DNA of 62,803 nucleotides, counting the filler, from Chiloscyllium plagiosum (taxonomy: Eukaryota): the NCBI RefSeq assembly GCF_004010195.1. It is 4 parts of one record of this genome, joined end to end, with 100 filler letters (N's around TTAATTAATTAA, not from the genome) between each part and the next. Parts side by side here need not be neighbours in the genome. Positions count along the whole stretch, not along the records: positions 61,748 to 62,803 come from NC_057714.1; 3 more parts are not named here. The stretch is one strand, 5' to 3'. The notes beneath the pieces were generated by a model. That model searched no databases, had not been told where the DNA came from, and saw nothing but the letters and a program-made list of their open reading frames with translations. The position numbers and the translations under genes are program-made. Shown here piece by piece: positions 61,850-62,803 of this stretch. Every line of letters begins with the position of its first letter. Positions within the stretch are counted from its first letter, which is position 1.

Positions 61850-62660
61850 CCCCGCCCTCTGGCGGTGAATGGCGCGCGCGCGCTCTCTCTCTCGGCGCGT
61901 GACCGGGCCGGCCGTCAGTGAAGCGGCTTCGAGCGGCGGAGTGACACCTGCGCTGAGGAGGAGGAGGAGGAGGAGGAGGGAACGGCGATAAACGGCGATA
62001 ACCGGCCGCACCGGGGGGAAGGGAGGGTGCAGACAAGGCAAATTAACGGCAGTCAGCACAACCATTCTCTCCGTGAGGGAATAAAAACCCTCGAGAGGCA
62101 GCACCTGCGGGGAAGAGAGACCCGCCCATCATCTCCGGGATTATCGTTACCGGAGAGAGAAAAAAAAAGCGGCGGTGAGTGACAGCGGCCATACCCTCAC
62201 ACGGGGGGGGATCTCTCGAACCTGTCCCCCCCCGGGATGGGTTTTGAAAAAAATCAAATATTTCCATAATGACGGGGGTGGAAATGGGCCCTGAGTGGAG
62301 AGGCCGCTTTTAAAACCGAACGAGAGGGGGGGTTTCGGTTCCGATATGGAAAGCCGCCGTTATCGCCGCGGGAAGGAGGGAGACTGAAACGAAAACAAAT
62401 CTCTGCGCGCGGATCGTCTGTCCGTGGGTCGTTGGGTTTTATTTTTGTCTAAGTAACGGGACGGGAATACTGGGTTTCTCCTGTCCGTGTGGTAATTTTT
62501 TGGTGCGTCAGAGGCGGTGGGGAAGGGGATGATGGAGGAGCAGTGTCCACCCTGTGGACATGGAGCAAGATGGAGGAGCTCCGGGTTTCTGCTCGTCAGC
62601 CGCTCCCCGACCCTGGACCCCCGTCCCCGACCCTGGAGCCTGTCCCCCAGCCCCGAACCC
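61850..62660 (+). promoter_or_regulatory. CpG island, probable gene promoter
   Basis: Abrupt GC and CpG enrichment against a CpG-depleted background; GC box CCCGCCC near 61851, (CG)n run, (GAG)8 at 61955-61978, upstream polypyrimidine tract. Confidence 0.85.
61900..62174 (+). other. Probable non-coding first exon of an unidentified gene
   Basis: Consensus donor GCG|GTGAGT at 62174/62175; no ATG seen between ~61900 and the donor. The start position is a guess. Confidence 0.55.
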
Positions 62661-62803
62661 TGACCCCGTCCCCCAGCCCCTGAACTCCACCCTGGCCCTG
62701 CACCTGAACCCCTAGCTGCCTTCCACCCTGACCCCAATCCCAACCCTGACCTCCAGCCCTGAAACCCTAGCTGCCTTCCACCCTGACCCCAAACCCAACC
62801 CAC

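Noticed and set aside
62600..62803. CCCTGA/CCCCGA-like hexamers resembling telomeric repeats
   Set aside because: No (CCCTAA)n run; this is low-complexity C-rich sequence with a short local duplication.
61769..62803. Minus-strand ORFs in the CpG island
   Set aside because: Low-complexity, stop-poor GC-rich frames with no recognisable domain.

Overview
Repeat-dense vertebrate DNA, almost certainly from a shark or other elasmobranch. The evidence is HE1-type V-SINEs, HER1/CR1 LINEs and SacSINE1/DeuSINE-like copies; the taxon is inferred from repeat content only. No intact host protein-coding gene is recognisable, and the ORF-track hits I could interpret are decayed transposable-element fragments, repeat translations or N-gap artefacts. 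The window looks like about 61 kb of intergenic or intronic sequence ending in a CpG island with a probable non-coding first exon on the + strand (splice donor at 62175). Transposable elements include many CR1-clade fragments (one retaining ORF1), two Rex1 fragments, L2, several SINE families, LTR remnants, a Harbinger-like MITE and Myb-like remnant, and a nested pogo transposase fossil. The most notable signal is about 20 small Penelope-like (PLE) insertions, many with 10-17 bp target-site duplications and inverted ends. They carry minimal hammerhead-ribozyme motifs from at least four sequence families, one with a compensatory U3-A8 core pair, and one copy is physically linked to a GIY-YIG endonuclease remnant. 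The assembly also contains three artificial N44-TTAATTAATTAA-N44 linkers and several probable allelic tandem duplications.
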